Below, one piece after another: positions 29,848 to 39,111 of a stretch of DNA of 64,000 bases. Location: contig OY729431.1 of assembly GCA_963422395.1 (NCBI GenBank), forward strand, positions 608,001 to 672,000. The letters run 5' to 3'. A program made the translations under genes and the position numbers. The stretch is from Vicinamibacteria bacterium. GTDB taxonomy: Bacteria; Acidobacteriota; Vicinamibacteria; Marinacidobacterales; Marinacidobacteraceae. Numbering within the stretch: position 1 is the first letter of the stretch; every line of letters begins with the position of its first letter. The notes beneath the pieces were generated by a model that was not told where the DNA came from, did no database searches, and saw nothing but the letters and a program-made list of their open reading frames with translations.

Positions 29848-29855
29848 GGCGCGTC

Positions 29856-31067
29856 ATGGAGTGGCTCGAAGTCATGAATCACATCGAGGCCGGCGAGAGC
29901 CGTACGGTTGAATTCAAGGAAGGATTCGATACCGGCAAGATCGGACCAGCGGCCTGCGCCTTCGCGAATACCGACGGAGGCGTCGTGATCTGCGGCGTCA
30001 ACGACGCCGGCGCCATCGTCGGCGTGGAGCGCGATCCCGACTCGGTGCACGAGCGGCTGACCGCCTTCCTGGGAAACGGATTCAACTATCCCATGACCGC
30101 TGCCTGTGGCCGTTATCAGGATCCGCAAGGCTGGGTCCACTGGGTTCAGGTACCGAAACAACGGAATCCCGAACCGATGCGATTCCGGGATGTCGCCTGG
30201 GTGCGTCGAGAGCGAAGCAGCGTCCGACCCTCTCCGAGCGAATTGGAGGGACTGAACAATCTGTTCGGATATGTGATGACCGAAGATCAGATCGTGTCCA
30301 GCGCAACCACTGAGGATATCGATGAGAGCTGTTTTCGGAATCACCTCGAACGGCAACGGTTTTCGAAGCGCAGGACGCGCCGACCGAATATCCTGGACGA
30401 CTATCGGAATTTCGATGTAGTGCGGGATCTCGAGAGAAGGCCGACACCGACCCTGTACGGCTTGCTGGCGTTCGGAACGAATCCACAACGGTTTCCGAAC
30501 ATGCGCCATCTACTGGTGCGAAACACCGCCTACGCGGGGATTGGCCGCGCAGCGGGGGTATCCCTGGCCATGGACGCCCGGGGGCGGCTCGCCGAACAGG
30601 TGGAAGGGAGTCTTCACTGGGCGCAGAGCCTGGGGCGGCAGGAATCCTATGGGACGGCGAGGCGGTCGGATCGGTTCGTATTGCCGATCCCCGCGCTGCG
30701 CGAGGCGATCGTGAACGCCGTCATCCACCGCGACTATGCGATCACCGGGACGCCGATCACGGTGGATGTGTTTCGGGATCGAGTCGAGATCGCCAGCCCG
30801 GGAACGCTTCCCAACGGAATGACGCTTTCGAGGCTACGACGCGGCGGCAACATCCGAACCAGAAACGAAACGATGGCGCATTACGCCATCGTGGAGGGAC
30901 TCATGGAATCGCGGGGAATGGGCTGGCCGGTGATCGAGGACGCGATGCACGAGTTCAATGGCACGGATCCCCGGATCGAGGAAGATCGCGAGGGCGCCTG
31001 GGTCCGGATAACTCTGGTTCTAGAACCAGGGAATACCGATGCGGCACATCCGCCCGATGCCGGCTGA
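29856..31067 (+). CDS. Schlafen/AlbA_2 + HATPase_c_4 protein, paralog 1
   Basis: GESRTVEFKE, AFANTDGG..ICGV, REAIVNAVIHRDY, SPG, RN. Confidence 0.88.
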   Translation: MEWLEVMNHIEAGESRTVEFKEGFDTGKIGPAACAFANTDGGVVICGVNDAGAIVGVERDPDSVHERLTAFLGNGFNYPMTAACGRYQDPQGWVHWVQVPKQRNPEPMRFRDVAWVRRERSSVRPSPSELEGLNNLFGYVMTEDQIVSSATTEDIDESCFRNHLERQRFSKRRTRRPNILDDYRNFDVVRDLERRPTPTLYGLLAFGTNPQRFPNMRHLLVRNTAYAGIGRAAGVSLAMDARGRLAEQVEGSLHWAQSLGRQESYGTARRSDRFVLPIPALREAIVNAVIHRDYAITGTPITVDVFRDRVEIASPGTLPNGMTLSRLRRGGNIRTRNETMAHYAIVEGLMESRGMGWPVIEDAMHEFNGTDPRIEEDREGAWVRITLVLEPGNTDAAHPPDAG

Positions 31068-31193
31068 AGGCGCGTCGCTGCGCCACATCGAGGCGATCAG
31101 TGGCAGGCCCGACGGAAACTCGACCCTTCCTGTGGGCGGAACTGCAGGAAAGGCAGCGATCGAGGATGCCAGCGGGGCGAGGAAAGTGACCTG

Positions 31194-32402
31194 ATGGACT
31201 GGAGCGAAGTGGAACGCCGCATCGCCGCCGGCGAGGACGAGCGCACCGAGTACAAGCGCGATGTATCCGATCTGCGAGCCGTGGGCCGGGCGCTTTGCGC
31301 CTTCGCCAACGGCGACGGAGGTCTGCTGATACTCGGGGTCGATGATTCCGGCGCGGTGGTCGGCACGCCCCAGGATCCCGAGAAGGTGCAAGAACGGCTG
31401 ACCGCTTTCCTCCACAGTGGGCTCGGCAAACCGGTTACCGCCCGCTGCGGGCGCCGGCGGACCGAAGGCGGGTGGGTTCACTGGATCGAAGTCCATCGCC
31501 ATCAGCGGGGCTACGAACCGTTTTCCCACGATGGACGGTTCTGGGTCCGGCGGGGCCGGGCGACGGCGGCGCCCTCCCCAGCGGAACTCCAGGAGCTGCT
31601 GAACGCCTTCGGTCTCGTTCTCACCGAACGGCAGATCGTCCCCTCGGCATCTGTCGAAGACCTCGACTTCAGCGCGGTGCGCTCCTTCCTGAGGGCGCAG
31701 GGGCTCGATACCGACGAGCCGCCGCAGCCGGCGCGCGAGGACGATCTGCTGAACGCCAGCATCGCCGATACGCTGGACGGCACCCTCCGGCCGACGCTCT
31801 ACGGACTCATGGTGTTCGGACGAGACCCGCAGGCATACCCCCACACTCCGAGCCTCTTCGTCCAGTGCGCGGCCTACGGCGGGGCGGACCAGGCCGCCGA
31901 AGTTCTGAGCGCCGGAGAGGGGAAAGGAAGACTGGAGGATCAGGTGAACCGCGCGATGGGCTGGTTCCGCAGCCTGGGCCGCAAGGAGGTGTACGAAGGG
32001 ATCTACCGGCGCGACATCGCACCGGTGCCGGAAGACGCCCTCCGCGAAGCGCTGGTCAACGCAGTGATCCACCGCGACTACGCGATCACCGGCTCGCCGG
32101 TATCGATCGAGGCGTTCGACGACCGCATCGTGGTCACCAGCCCCGGCGCGCTGCCGAACCACATGACGGTCGGGCAGGCGCGCGCCGGCGGCGCCCCCCG
32201 GTCGAGGAACGAGATGATGGCGAACGCCATGGTGGTCCGCGGGCTCATGGAGCGGCGGGGGCGCGGCTGGCTGCGGATGCGCCACTCCATGAAGCGCTTC
32301 AACGGGAGCGAGCCGGACCTCGAAAACGACGCGCAGAGCCGCTTCGTCCGGGTCACCTTCCGCCTGGGGCCGAAGCCGAAGCCGGCGGCGGCAGACCGAT
32401 GA
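31194..32402 (+). CDS. Schlafen/AlbA_2 + HATPase_c_4 protein, paralog 2
   Basis: GEDERTEYKR, AFANGDGG, REALVNAVIHRDY, SPG. Confidence 0.88.
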   Translation: MDWSEVERRIAAGEDERTEYKRDVSDLRAVGRALCAFANGDGGLLILGVDDSGAVVGTPQDPEKVQERLTAFLHSGLGKPVTARCGRRRTEGGWVHWIEVHRHQRGYEPFSHDGRFWVRRGRATAAPSPAELQELLNAFGLVLTERQIVPSASVEDLDFSAVRSFLRAQGLDTDEPPQPAREDDLLNASIADTLDGTLRPTLYGLMVFGRDPQAYPHTPSLFVQCAAYGGADQAAEVLSAGEGKGRLEDQVNRAMGWFRSLGRKEVYEGIYRRDIAPVPEDALREALVNAVIHRDYAITGSPVSIEAFDDRIVVTSPGALPNHMTVGQARAGGAPRSRNEMMANAMVVRGLMERRGRGWLRMRHSMKRFNGSEPDLENDAQSRFVRVTFRLGPKPKPAAADR

Positions 32403-35212
32403 GTGGCGCCGCCGGCTTCCCGCCCGGCGCCCGCTGGCGGCGCTTCGACTTCCACACGCATACCCCGGCTTCGATGGACTACGGGAGAGGCCCGAACCAC
32501 GAATCTCTCAAGAAACGCTCACCGCGCGAATGGCTGCTCGACTTCATGCGTGCCGAGATGGACTGCGTGGCGATCACCGATCACGACACCGGCGAGTGGA
32601 TCGACCGACTCAAGAAGGCATACGACCGTCTCGAAGAGGAACGACCGACGGATTTTCGCCCGCTCGTTCTCTTCCCGGGCGTCGAGATCACCGTGAACGG
32701 GGGCATCCACCTGCTGGCGATCCTGGATCCGTCGAAGGGCCGATCCGACATCGATGCGCTGCTCGGCGCAGTCGGCTTCCCCGGGGGCAAGCAAGGCACC
32801 TCCGATGGGTGCACTTCACAGTCTGTCCAGGAAGTTGCGCAGACCATCCGGAAGCGAGGCGGCCTCGCGATTCCTGCACATGCAGATTCCGAGAAGGGCA
32901 TCTTCGAGAGACTGGATGGAGAGACCCTGAGGTCGCTGTTGACCGAAGATCAGCTGTCCGCGCTGGAAGTCGCGGATCCGGAGTTCGACGAACCCGAGAT
33001 CTACCGACAGAGCGGTGTGAAGCTGGCGAGAGTCCTCGGTTCCGACTGCCACCACCCCTCGGGGTCTGCCGGCCAGGGTTTCCCCGGCAGCCGCTTCACT
33101 TGGGTGAAGATGGGGAAACCGTCCCTCGACGGGCTGCGGCTTGCGCTACTGGACGGCGCGCCGCTCTCCATCCTCCGAAGCGACGCCCCGATCGTCGATG
33201 GAGCCGACGATCCGAACGCGGAGCCCGGCCTGTGGATCGAAAGCGTCGAGGTCGCCGAGGCGCGCTACCTGGGTCGCGGCACGCCGGCACACGCCGCGTT
33301 CAGCCCCTGGCTCTCCGCCATCATCGGCGGCCGGGGGACCGGGAAATCCACGCTCGTCGAAATGGTGCGGCTAGCAATGCGCCGGCAGAACGAGCTCCCC
33401 GGAAGGCTGGGTGAGGAATTCCAGGAGTTCGCCGCCCCTGCCGAATCGAGGCATGGGCGGCGAGCGCTGACCGATTCCACCGAAGCCATCGTCTCGATCC
33501 GCAAGAACGGAGTGCAGTTTCGCGTGCGGTGGCGTACGGATGGCGGGGGAGCGGTCATCGAAGAGAGGACTCCCGACGGGGAGTGGAAAACGAGTCCCGG
33601 AGAGGTGGCCAGCCGGTTCCCCGTCCGAATCCTGAGTCAGAAACAGGTGTTCGCGCTCGCCAACGATCCGGACGCCTTGCTGCGCCTGGTGGATGACGCC
33701 GATCCGGTGAACCGGCGAGAGCGGGCCGCACGACGGGAAAAGGCGGAGGCCGAGTTTCTGAGTTTGCGCAGCCAGGCGCGCGCGATCGACGCCCGAATCA
33801 CCGAGCGAGAGCGAATCGAGGGTGACCTCGCGGATGTGCGGCGCCAGATCTCGGTCTTCGACGAGGGGGGACACCGGGACCTGTTGGTTCGCTACCAACG
33901 CTTCACCCGGCAGAAGCAGATTCTGACGGATCGGAATCGCGAGTTGAAAGCGAATGCCGCAGCGCTTCTCAAGCTCTCGCCCGAGATGGAGCCAGCTGAT
34001 GTTCGCGCGGACGATTTCGATCTCCGGGAAAAATCCTTCGGCAGACGAGCTCTGGACCTTCTGGAGGCGGCGGCCGGCCGGCAACGAAGAATTGCAGAGA
34101 ATCTTCGTGAACACGGGAGAGCTCTCGACGATTTCCGAAAGGAATGGATCGAGGAAGTCGCTGCTTCCAAGTGGAGTCAGGAATATGAGGCGGTGTGCGC
34201 TGCCTACCGGGAACTCATGGCCAGATTGGCCGAGGAAGGCGTCTCCGATCCTGGCAACTACGGCGCCCTGCTGCAGCGACGCGAATTGCTTCAGAGAATG
34301 TTGACAGAAATCGATTCCCTCGCGAAAAGAAAACAGAAGCTGGAGGCAGACGCCGATCGTTTTCTCGAAGAAGTGGAAACCGAGCGGAGAGCTTCGTCCA
34401 AAGCACGGATCCATTTCCTCCAATCGGTTTTGGGAGACAATCCGCACATTCGACTCGAGGTAGTGCCGTTCGGCTCGAACGCCCTCGCCGCCGAGCGCCG
34501 GTTTCGGAAGGCTATCGGCCGCGAGGATGGCGGGTTGGCGCCCGCAATCCTGAGCGAAGACGGCGAGACCGGAGAACTGGCCGAGCTCTTCCGAGACCTG
34601 TCGGATCACCAGGACGAGAGGCACCAGGAACTGGAAGGCCGCATTCGGAAAATCAAGAAACGCTTTGCCGAAGCCGGAAAAAAACCTGGGCCTTCGGGGA
34701 GACAGTGGTTGTGGAATCACCTCCGGCAGCTTTCGCCGGAACAGCGAGACCGCTTCCTCCTGTGGTGGCCGGAAGACGGTCTCGAAGTGCGCTACCGGAG
34801 GACGACGACGGGTAAGTTCGTTCCTCTCGAGCAGGGGTCTCCGGGACAGAAGTCGGCGGCCATCCTCGCACTCCTGCTTTCCTACGGCGACGAGCCGATT
34901 CTCCTGGATCAGCCGGAAGACGATCTCGACAACCATCTGATCCATGACCTCATCGTTCAGCGGATTCGGCAGAACAAGCGGAAGCGTCAGGTCATCATCG
35001 CCACGCACAACTCGAACATCGTCGTCAACGGAGACGCCGAAATGGTGATCTCCATGGATCATCTAGGCGGGCAGTGCGTCGTCGCCCCAGACGGAACCGG
35101 GTGTCTTCAGGACACGGGGGTGCGCGCCGAGGTCTGCCGGGTGATGGAAGGCGGTCGGAGAGCCTTCGAAAACCGATACCGCCGCCTGCGGGAGGAGTTC
35201 GACGATGCGTAG
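32399..35212 (+). CDS. PHP phosphoesterase + SMC/ABC-type ATPase (TrlF family, Ppl-like defence protein), 937 aa
   Basis: DFHTHT, AITDH, PAH and GSDCH PHP ligands; GGRGTGKST, coiled coil, SPGQ, LLDQPEDDLD, ATHN. Confidence 0.9.
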   Translation: MSGAAGFPPGARWRRFDFHTHTPASMDYGRGPNHESLKKRSPREWLLDFMRAEMDCVAITDHDTGEWIDRLKKAYDRLEEERPTDFRPLVLFPGVEITVNGGIHLLAILDPSKGRSDIDALLGAVGFPGGKQGTSDGCTSQSVQEVAQTIRKRGGLAIPAHADSEKGIFERLDGETLRSLLTEDQLSALEVADPEFDEPEIYRQSGVKLARVLGSDCHHPSGSAGQGFPGSRFTWVKMGKPSLDGLRLALLDGAPLSILRSDAPIVDGADDPNAEPGLWIESVEVAEARYLGRGTPAHAAFSPWLSAIIGGRGTGKSTLVEMVRLAMRRQNELPGRLGEEFQEFAAPAESRHGRRALTDSTEAIVSIRKNGVQFRVRWRTDGGGAVIEERTPDGEWKTSPGEVASRFPVRILSQKQVFALANDPDALLRLVDDADPVNRRERAARREKAEAEFLSLRSQARAIDARITERERIEGDLADVRRQISVFDEGGHRDLLVRYQRFTRQKQILTDRNRELKANAAALLKLSPEMEPADVRADDFDLREKSFGRRALDLLEAAAGRQRRIAENLREHGRALDDFRKEWIEEVAASKWSQEYEAVCAAYRELMARLAEEGVSDPGNYGALLQRRELLQRMLTEIDSLAKRKQKLEADADRFLEEVETERRASSKARIHFLQSVLGDNPHIRLEVVPFGSNALAAERRFRKAIGREDGGLAPAILSEDGETGELAELFRDLSDHQDERHQELEGRIRKIKKRFAEAGKKPGPSGRQWLWNHLRQLSPEQRDRFLLWWPEDGLEVRYRRTTTGKFVPLEQGSPGQKSAAILALLLSYGDEPILLDQPEDDLDNHLIHDLIVQRIRQNKRKRQVIIATHNSNIVVNGDAEMVISMDHLGGQCVVAPDGTGCLQDTGVRAEVCRVMEGGRRAFENRYRRLREEFDDA

Positions 35213-36482
35213 TGCGACAGAACGGCTGCTGCGCGAAATCCGGCTCGGAGAAGACAGCTTTCTCGAGCTCAAGGAAGTCTTCTTCTCTGGTGAGAAAGTC
35301 AAGGCACCGACGCGAAAGGCTCTGGCCGACGAGCTGTCGGCCTTCGCCAACAGTCGAGGCGGCGTTCTCATTCTCGGGATCCACGACCGCAGCCGTGAAG
35401 TGGTCGGGATTCCGGAGAGCCGCCTCGACGCCGTGGTAACCCAGGTCCGCGAGGCGGCCCGGGATCTGGTGATCCCTCCGCTGGATGTCGTCGTCGAACG
35501 GATGGAAGTCCCGGATACCGGGGGTGGAGTGCAGTGCATCGTTCGTGTGTCGGTGGGTCGAAGTCTGTTCGTGCATCGGAGCCCCGGCGGCTATCTGAAA
35601 CGGGTGGCGGACGAAAAGCGGGAAATCACGCCCGACGCGCTTCGCCGGTTGTTCCAGCAACGCAGCCATGTCGGAGTGACCCGTTTCGATGGCGAAATCG
35701 TGGCGGCGGCCTCTTTCTCCGATCTGGATCCGGAACGGGTCCGGCGCTTTCGGACCGAAGCTACCGATGACGACGAGGAAACCCTCGCCTCCAAGCTGGG
35801 AATGACGCGAGAGGATGAGACCGGTGTGCGCCGCCCTACCGTGGGAGGCCTGCTGCTCGGATCGCGATCCGCAGAGCGATGGATGCCGAACACATTCGTT
35901 CAGGCGGTGGCGTATCGGGGCCGCTTCGTCGGCGACGGATCGGGGAACGAGAACTATCAGCTGGATTTCCGGGACATTCGCGGGCCGCTCGATGTCCAGG
36001 TCGCCGATGCGTGCCGGTTCGTGGCGCGGAACCAGCGGGTCGCAGCGGAGAAGACCATCGGACGCCGAGACATCCCGCAGTACCACCTCGGAGCCGTCTT
36101 CGAGGCCATGGTGAACGCCGTGGCGCATCGCGATTATTCGGTGTACGGATCGAAGATCCGGCTGCGCATGTTTTCCGACCGTCTCGAACTGTTCTCGCCG
36201 GGGGAGATGCCGAACACCATGACCGTGGATGCTCTTCCTTACAAGCAGATCAGCAGGAACGAAACGATCACCAGTCTGCTCGCGCGGTGCCCCGTGCCGA
36301 AGGGGATTCCCGGCCTGACCACTCCTCGAAAGACCCTGATGGATCGGCGAGGCGAAGGCGTGGGGTTGATCCTCCGGGAAAGCGAGGAGCACTCGGGACG
36401 CCGACCGGTGTACGAACTCCTGGACGGAACCGAATTGCGGCTGACGATCTACGGAGCAGACGGGAAACGAGGCACGGCGTGA
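35205..36482 (+). CDS. Schlafen/AlbA_2 + HATPase_c_4 protein, paralog 3
   Basis: GEDSFLELKE, AFANSRGG, EAMVNAVAHRDY, SPG, SRN. Confidence 0.88.
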   Translation: MRSATERLLREIRLGEDSFLELKEVFFSGEKVKAPTRKALADELSAFANSRGGVLILGIHDRSREVVGIPESRLDAVVTQVREAARDLVIPPLDVVVERMEVPDTGGGVQCIVRVSVGRSLFVHRSPGGYLKRVADEKREITPDALRRLFQQRSHVGVTRFDGEIVAAASFSDLDPERVRRFRTEATDDDEETLASKLGMTREDETGVRRPTVGGLLLGSRSAERWMPNTFVQAVAYRGRFVGDGSGNENYQLDFRDIRGPLDVQVADACRFVARNQRVAAEKTIGRRDIPQYHLGAVFEAMVNAVAHRDYSVYGSKIRLRMFSDRLELFSPGEMPNTMTVDALPYKQISRNETITSLLARCPVPKGIPGLTTPRKTLMDRRGEGVGLILRESEEHSGRRPVYELLDGTELRLTIYGADGKRGTA

Positions 36483-36733
36483 TCCCCCGTCCAGGTGGAT
36501 TCTCCGATTCCGACCCTCCGCTGCCTGAAGAGACAGGAGCGGCTTCACCGAAAAAGCGCTGGATGTTCACGGAATCCGAGTTGCTCGCACACTACGGCCT
36601 GGCGCAGCGGGGTCCCCACGATTGGCGGCTCACGAACGCGGCGCTTCTGCTGTTCGGCCGACGGTCCGGATTCCGATGGCAGCCGCGGGCTGGAATCCGC
36701 ATGTTTCGCGCCGACGAGCGCCACGAACCATGA
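36479..36733 (+). pseudogene. Short remnant, possibly of a fourth AlbA/HATPase-type gene
   Basis: LLAHYGL...LTNAALLLFG resembles the PTLYGLLAFG-type mid-region of the paralogs; coupled by GTGA/ATGA overlaps on both sides. Confidence 0.45.
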
Positions 36734-39111
36734 ATCTGTTGCCGCAGCAGCCGCGCGAGACCCTGCTCGACCTGCTGGTCGAGAGCGTCCGCAAGCGGGG
36801 CGTCCCGGCAGGCGGGGAGGCGCCGCCGGCTGCTGTGCTCTGGTCCGATCCGGAGCGCGAATGGGAGCCGCTCCTCGCGCTGCTCCGGGAGCGCCTTCCC
36901 GAGCTTCGGATTCTCGGGGAGTACCGACCCGGGCGGCGCACCGGCCCGGCGATCTGGCTGCGGTGCGAAGTGGACGGCGGCTCTGACGAAGCCGGCGGCG
37001 CTGACGGGGCCGGCGAGTCAGGCGCCGAGCGCGAACGAATCCCCATCCTCTACCTGCCGAGGGTGAGCCGGCAGGACCTCCGCGCCGGCGAAGAGTGTCC
37101 GGACCGCCTGAAACCGCTCGTCGAGCTGCTCCACCGCGGGGCGGTCTGGCGCCACTCCAACGGGAGAGACTGGACGGTGGCCGGCTTCTTCCGTTCTTCG
37201 GCAGGCGGGGGGCTGGACCTCGCCGAGGATCGCCGCACCGCGAAGGCGCTCCGCGGGGCGCTCGACGAGGCGGTGATGACTCCGCTCGCGCAGCTGCGAG
37301 GCCGACGGCTCGAAGCCGACGACTTCCACCGGCTGCAGGTCGAGGATCTAGCTCGGGATCTGCTCCGCTGGCTCGGCGACCCGGACGGAACGCGGGACCG
37401 GCTCGGCGACCGCTGGAACGCTTTCTGCAGCCGGTGCCGGAAGGAGCTGGATTTCGACCCCGAGAGCGGCGGCGGCGGCGCGGATGTCCAAGCCGGACAG
37501 CAGCTCGGTCAGGCGGCAGGCAGCTGGGCGGCGGTGTGGGAGCGGTTCGCCGAAGCGCCGGACGCATTCCCCGGGATCGAGGCGGTGCTGCGCCGAAGCC
37601 AGCCCGCCAGCCGGCTTTTCCTCGGGGACCCGGCGCGCTGGCCGAACGAGAACGACCGCATCGAGGCGGCACTTCGAGAAGCGCTCACCGAGCTGCCCCG
37701 TCTGACGCAACCGAAGGCATGCGACCGGGTGGTGCAGCTCGCTCGGGAGCACGGAAAGCGGCGGGAGTGGGTCTGGGCGCGCCTCGGAAGATCGCCGCTC
37801 GCGCTCGCGCTCGGACCGCTCGGGCGCCTCGCCGGGGCGGCGAAGCCGCCGCTCGGCGGCGAAGGCCCCGAAGAAGCGGCAGCGGCCTACCTGGAGCGCG
37901 GCTGGCAGGCCGACGCCGCGGCGTGGGAGGCGCTGGCGGCGGTCGGCGCCGCCGACGAAACGGTCGTGGCGCCGGCCGTCCGCCAGCTGCTCGAACCCTG
38001 GCTCGACGGCTCGGCGCGCGCCTTCCAGGAAGCCGTCCGGTGCCGACCGCTTCCCGACGCCGGCGAGCAGCCGGTCGTCGAGGCCGACGAGGATGGCTGC
38101 CTCTTCTTCGTGGACGGGCTGCGCTACGACCTCGGCCGGCGGCTCGCCGAGCGGCTGGAAGGACGCGGGCTCCGGGCCGAGGTGAGGCCCCGCTGGGCGG
38201 CGCTTCCCACGGTGACCGCCACCGCGAAGCCGGCGGTGACGCCGATTGCCCCCGACATCGCGGGGGAGACTCTTGGCGAAGACTTCGCCCCTCAGTTCGT
38301 CGAAACCGGACGGCCGGTGGAGGCGAGGGGCCTGCGTGCTGCCCTCGGGGAGAGGGGGTACCAGATCCTCGGGGCGGGCGGCTTCGATGCGCCGCGTTCG
38401 GCGGCGTCTCGCGGCTGGATCGAGACCGGGGAGATCGACGAGACCGGACATCACGAGCAGGGCGGTCTGCCCCGGCAGCTCCCGCAAATCCTCGACCGCC
38501 TCGCCGAGCGGATCGCCGGTCTGTTGGAGAGGGGTTGGCGCGCGGTGCGCGTCGTCACCGACCACGGCTGGCTATGGCTCCCGGGCGGACTCCCGCGGGT
38601 GGATCTCCCGAAACACCTCACCGCGACCCGCTGGGCGCGCTGTGCCGTCCTCGCCGGGGCGGGAAGTCCCGAAGAAGTTCCGCGCTGGCCGTGGAGCTGG
38701 AACCGCGGGGAATGGTTCGCCGCCGCGCCGGGCATCGCCTGCTTCAACAAGTCGGACGCCTTCGCCCACGGCGGCCTCAGCATCCAGGAATGCCTGACCC
38801 CGGACCTCCTCGTCACGCGTTCCGGCGAAGCAGCGGCCCCTCCCACCACCATCGAATCCATCGCCTGGCGCTGGTTCCGCTGCAGCCTCGTGGCCGCCGG
38901 CGGGGCCGGCAGACGGACCGCCGACCTCCGCCTCGGAGGCCCCGCGGGCGAGTCCGTCGCCGCGGAACCGAAGCCGGTGGAAGCGGATGGTGCCGCCAGC
39001 CTCCTGCTCGCCGGCGACGAGCACGAAGCGGCGGCGCTTTCGCTGGTGGTTCTCGATGAGAACGGGAAAATTCTCGCCGCCCGCGAAACCCGCGTGGGAG
39101 AGGACTCGTGA
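36730..39111 (+). CDS. pglZ: BREX phosphatase/nuclease PglZ (type B-like)
   Basis: RTGPAIWLRC, FFVDGLRYD, LPTVTAT, VVTDHG, HGGLSIQEC. Confidence 0.92.
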   Translation: MNLLPQQPRETLLDLLVESVRKRGVPAGGEAPPAAVLWSDPEREWEPLLALLRERLPELRILGEYRPGRRTGPAIWLRCEVDGGSDEAGGADGAGESGAERERIPILYLPRVSRQDLRAGEECPDRLKPLVELLHRGAVWRHSNGRDWTVAGFFRSSAGGGLDLAEDRRTAKALRGALDEAVMTPLAQLRGRRLEADDFHRLQVEDLARDLLRWLGDPDGTRDRLGDRWNAFCSRCRKELDFDPESGGGGADVQAGQQLGQAAGSWAAVWERFAEAPDAFPGIEAVLRRSQPASRLFLGDPARWPNENDRIEAALREALTELPRLTQPKACDRVVQLAREHGKRREWVWARLGRSPLALALGPLGRLAGAAKPPLGGEGPEEAAAAYLERGWQADAAAWEALAAVGAADETVVAPAVRQLLEPWLDGSARAFQEAVRCRPLPDAGEQPVVEADEDGCLFFVDGLRYDLGRRLAERLEGRGLRAEVRPRWAALPTVTATAKPAVTPIAPDIAGETLGEDFAPQFVETGRPVEARGLRAALGERGYQILGAGGFDAPRSAASRGWIETGEIDETGHHEQGGLPRQLPQILDRLAERIAGLLERGWRAVRVVTDHGWLWLPGGLPRVDLPKHLTATRWARCAVLAGAGSPEEVPRWPWSWNRGEWFAAAPGIACFNKSDAFAHGGLSIQECLTPDLLVTRSGEAAAPPTTIESIAWRWFRCSLVAAGGAGRRTADLRLGGPAGESVAAEPKPVEADGAASLLLAGDEHEAAALSLVVLDENGKILAARETRVGEDS

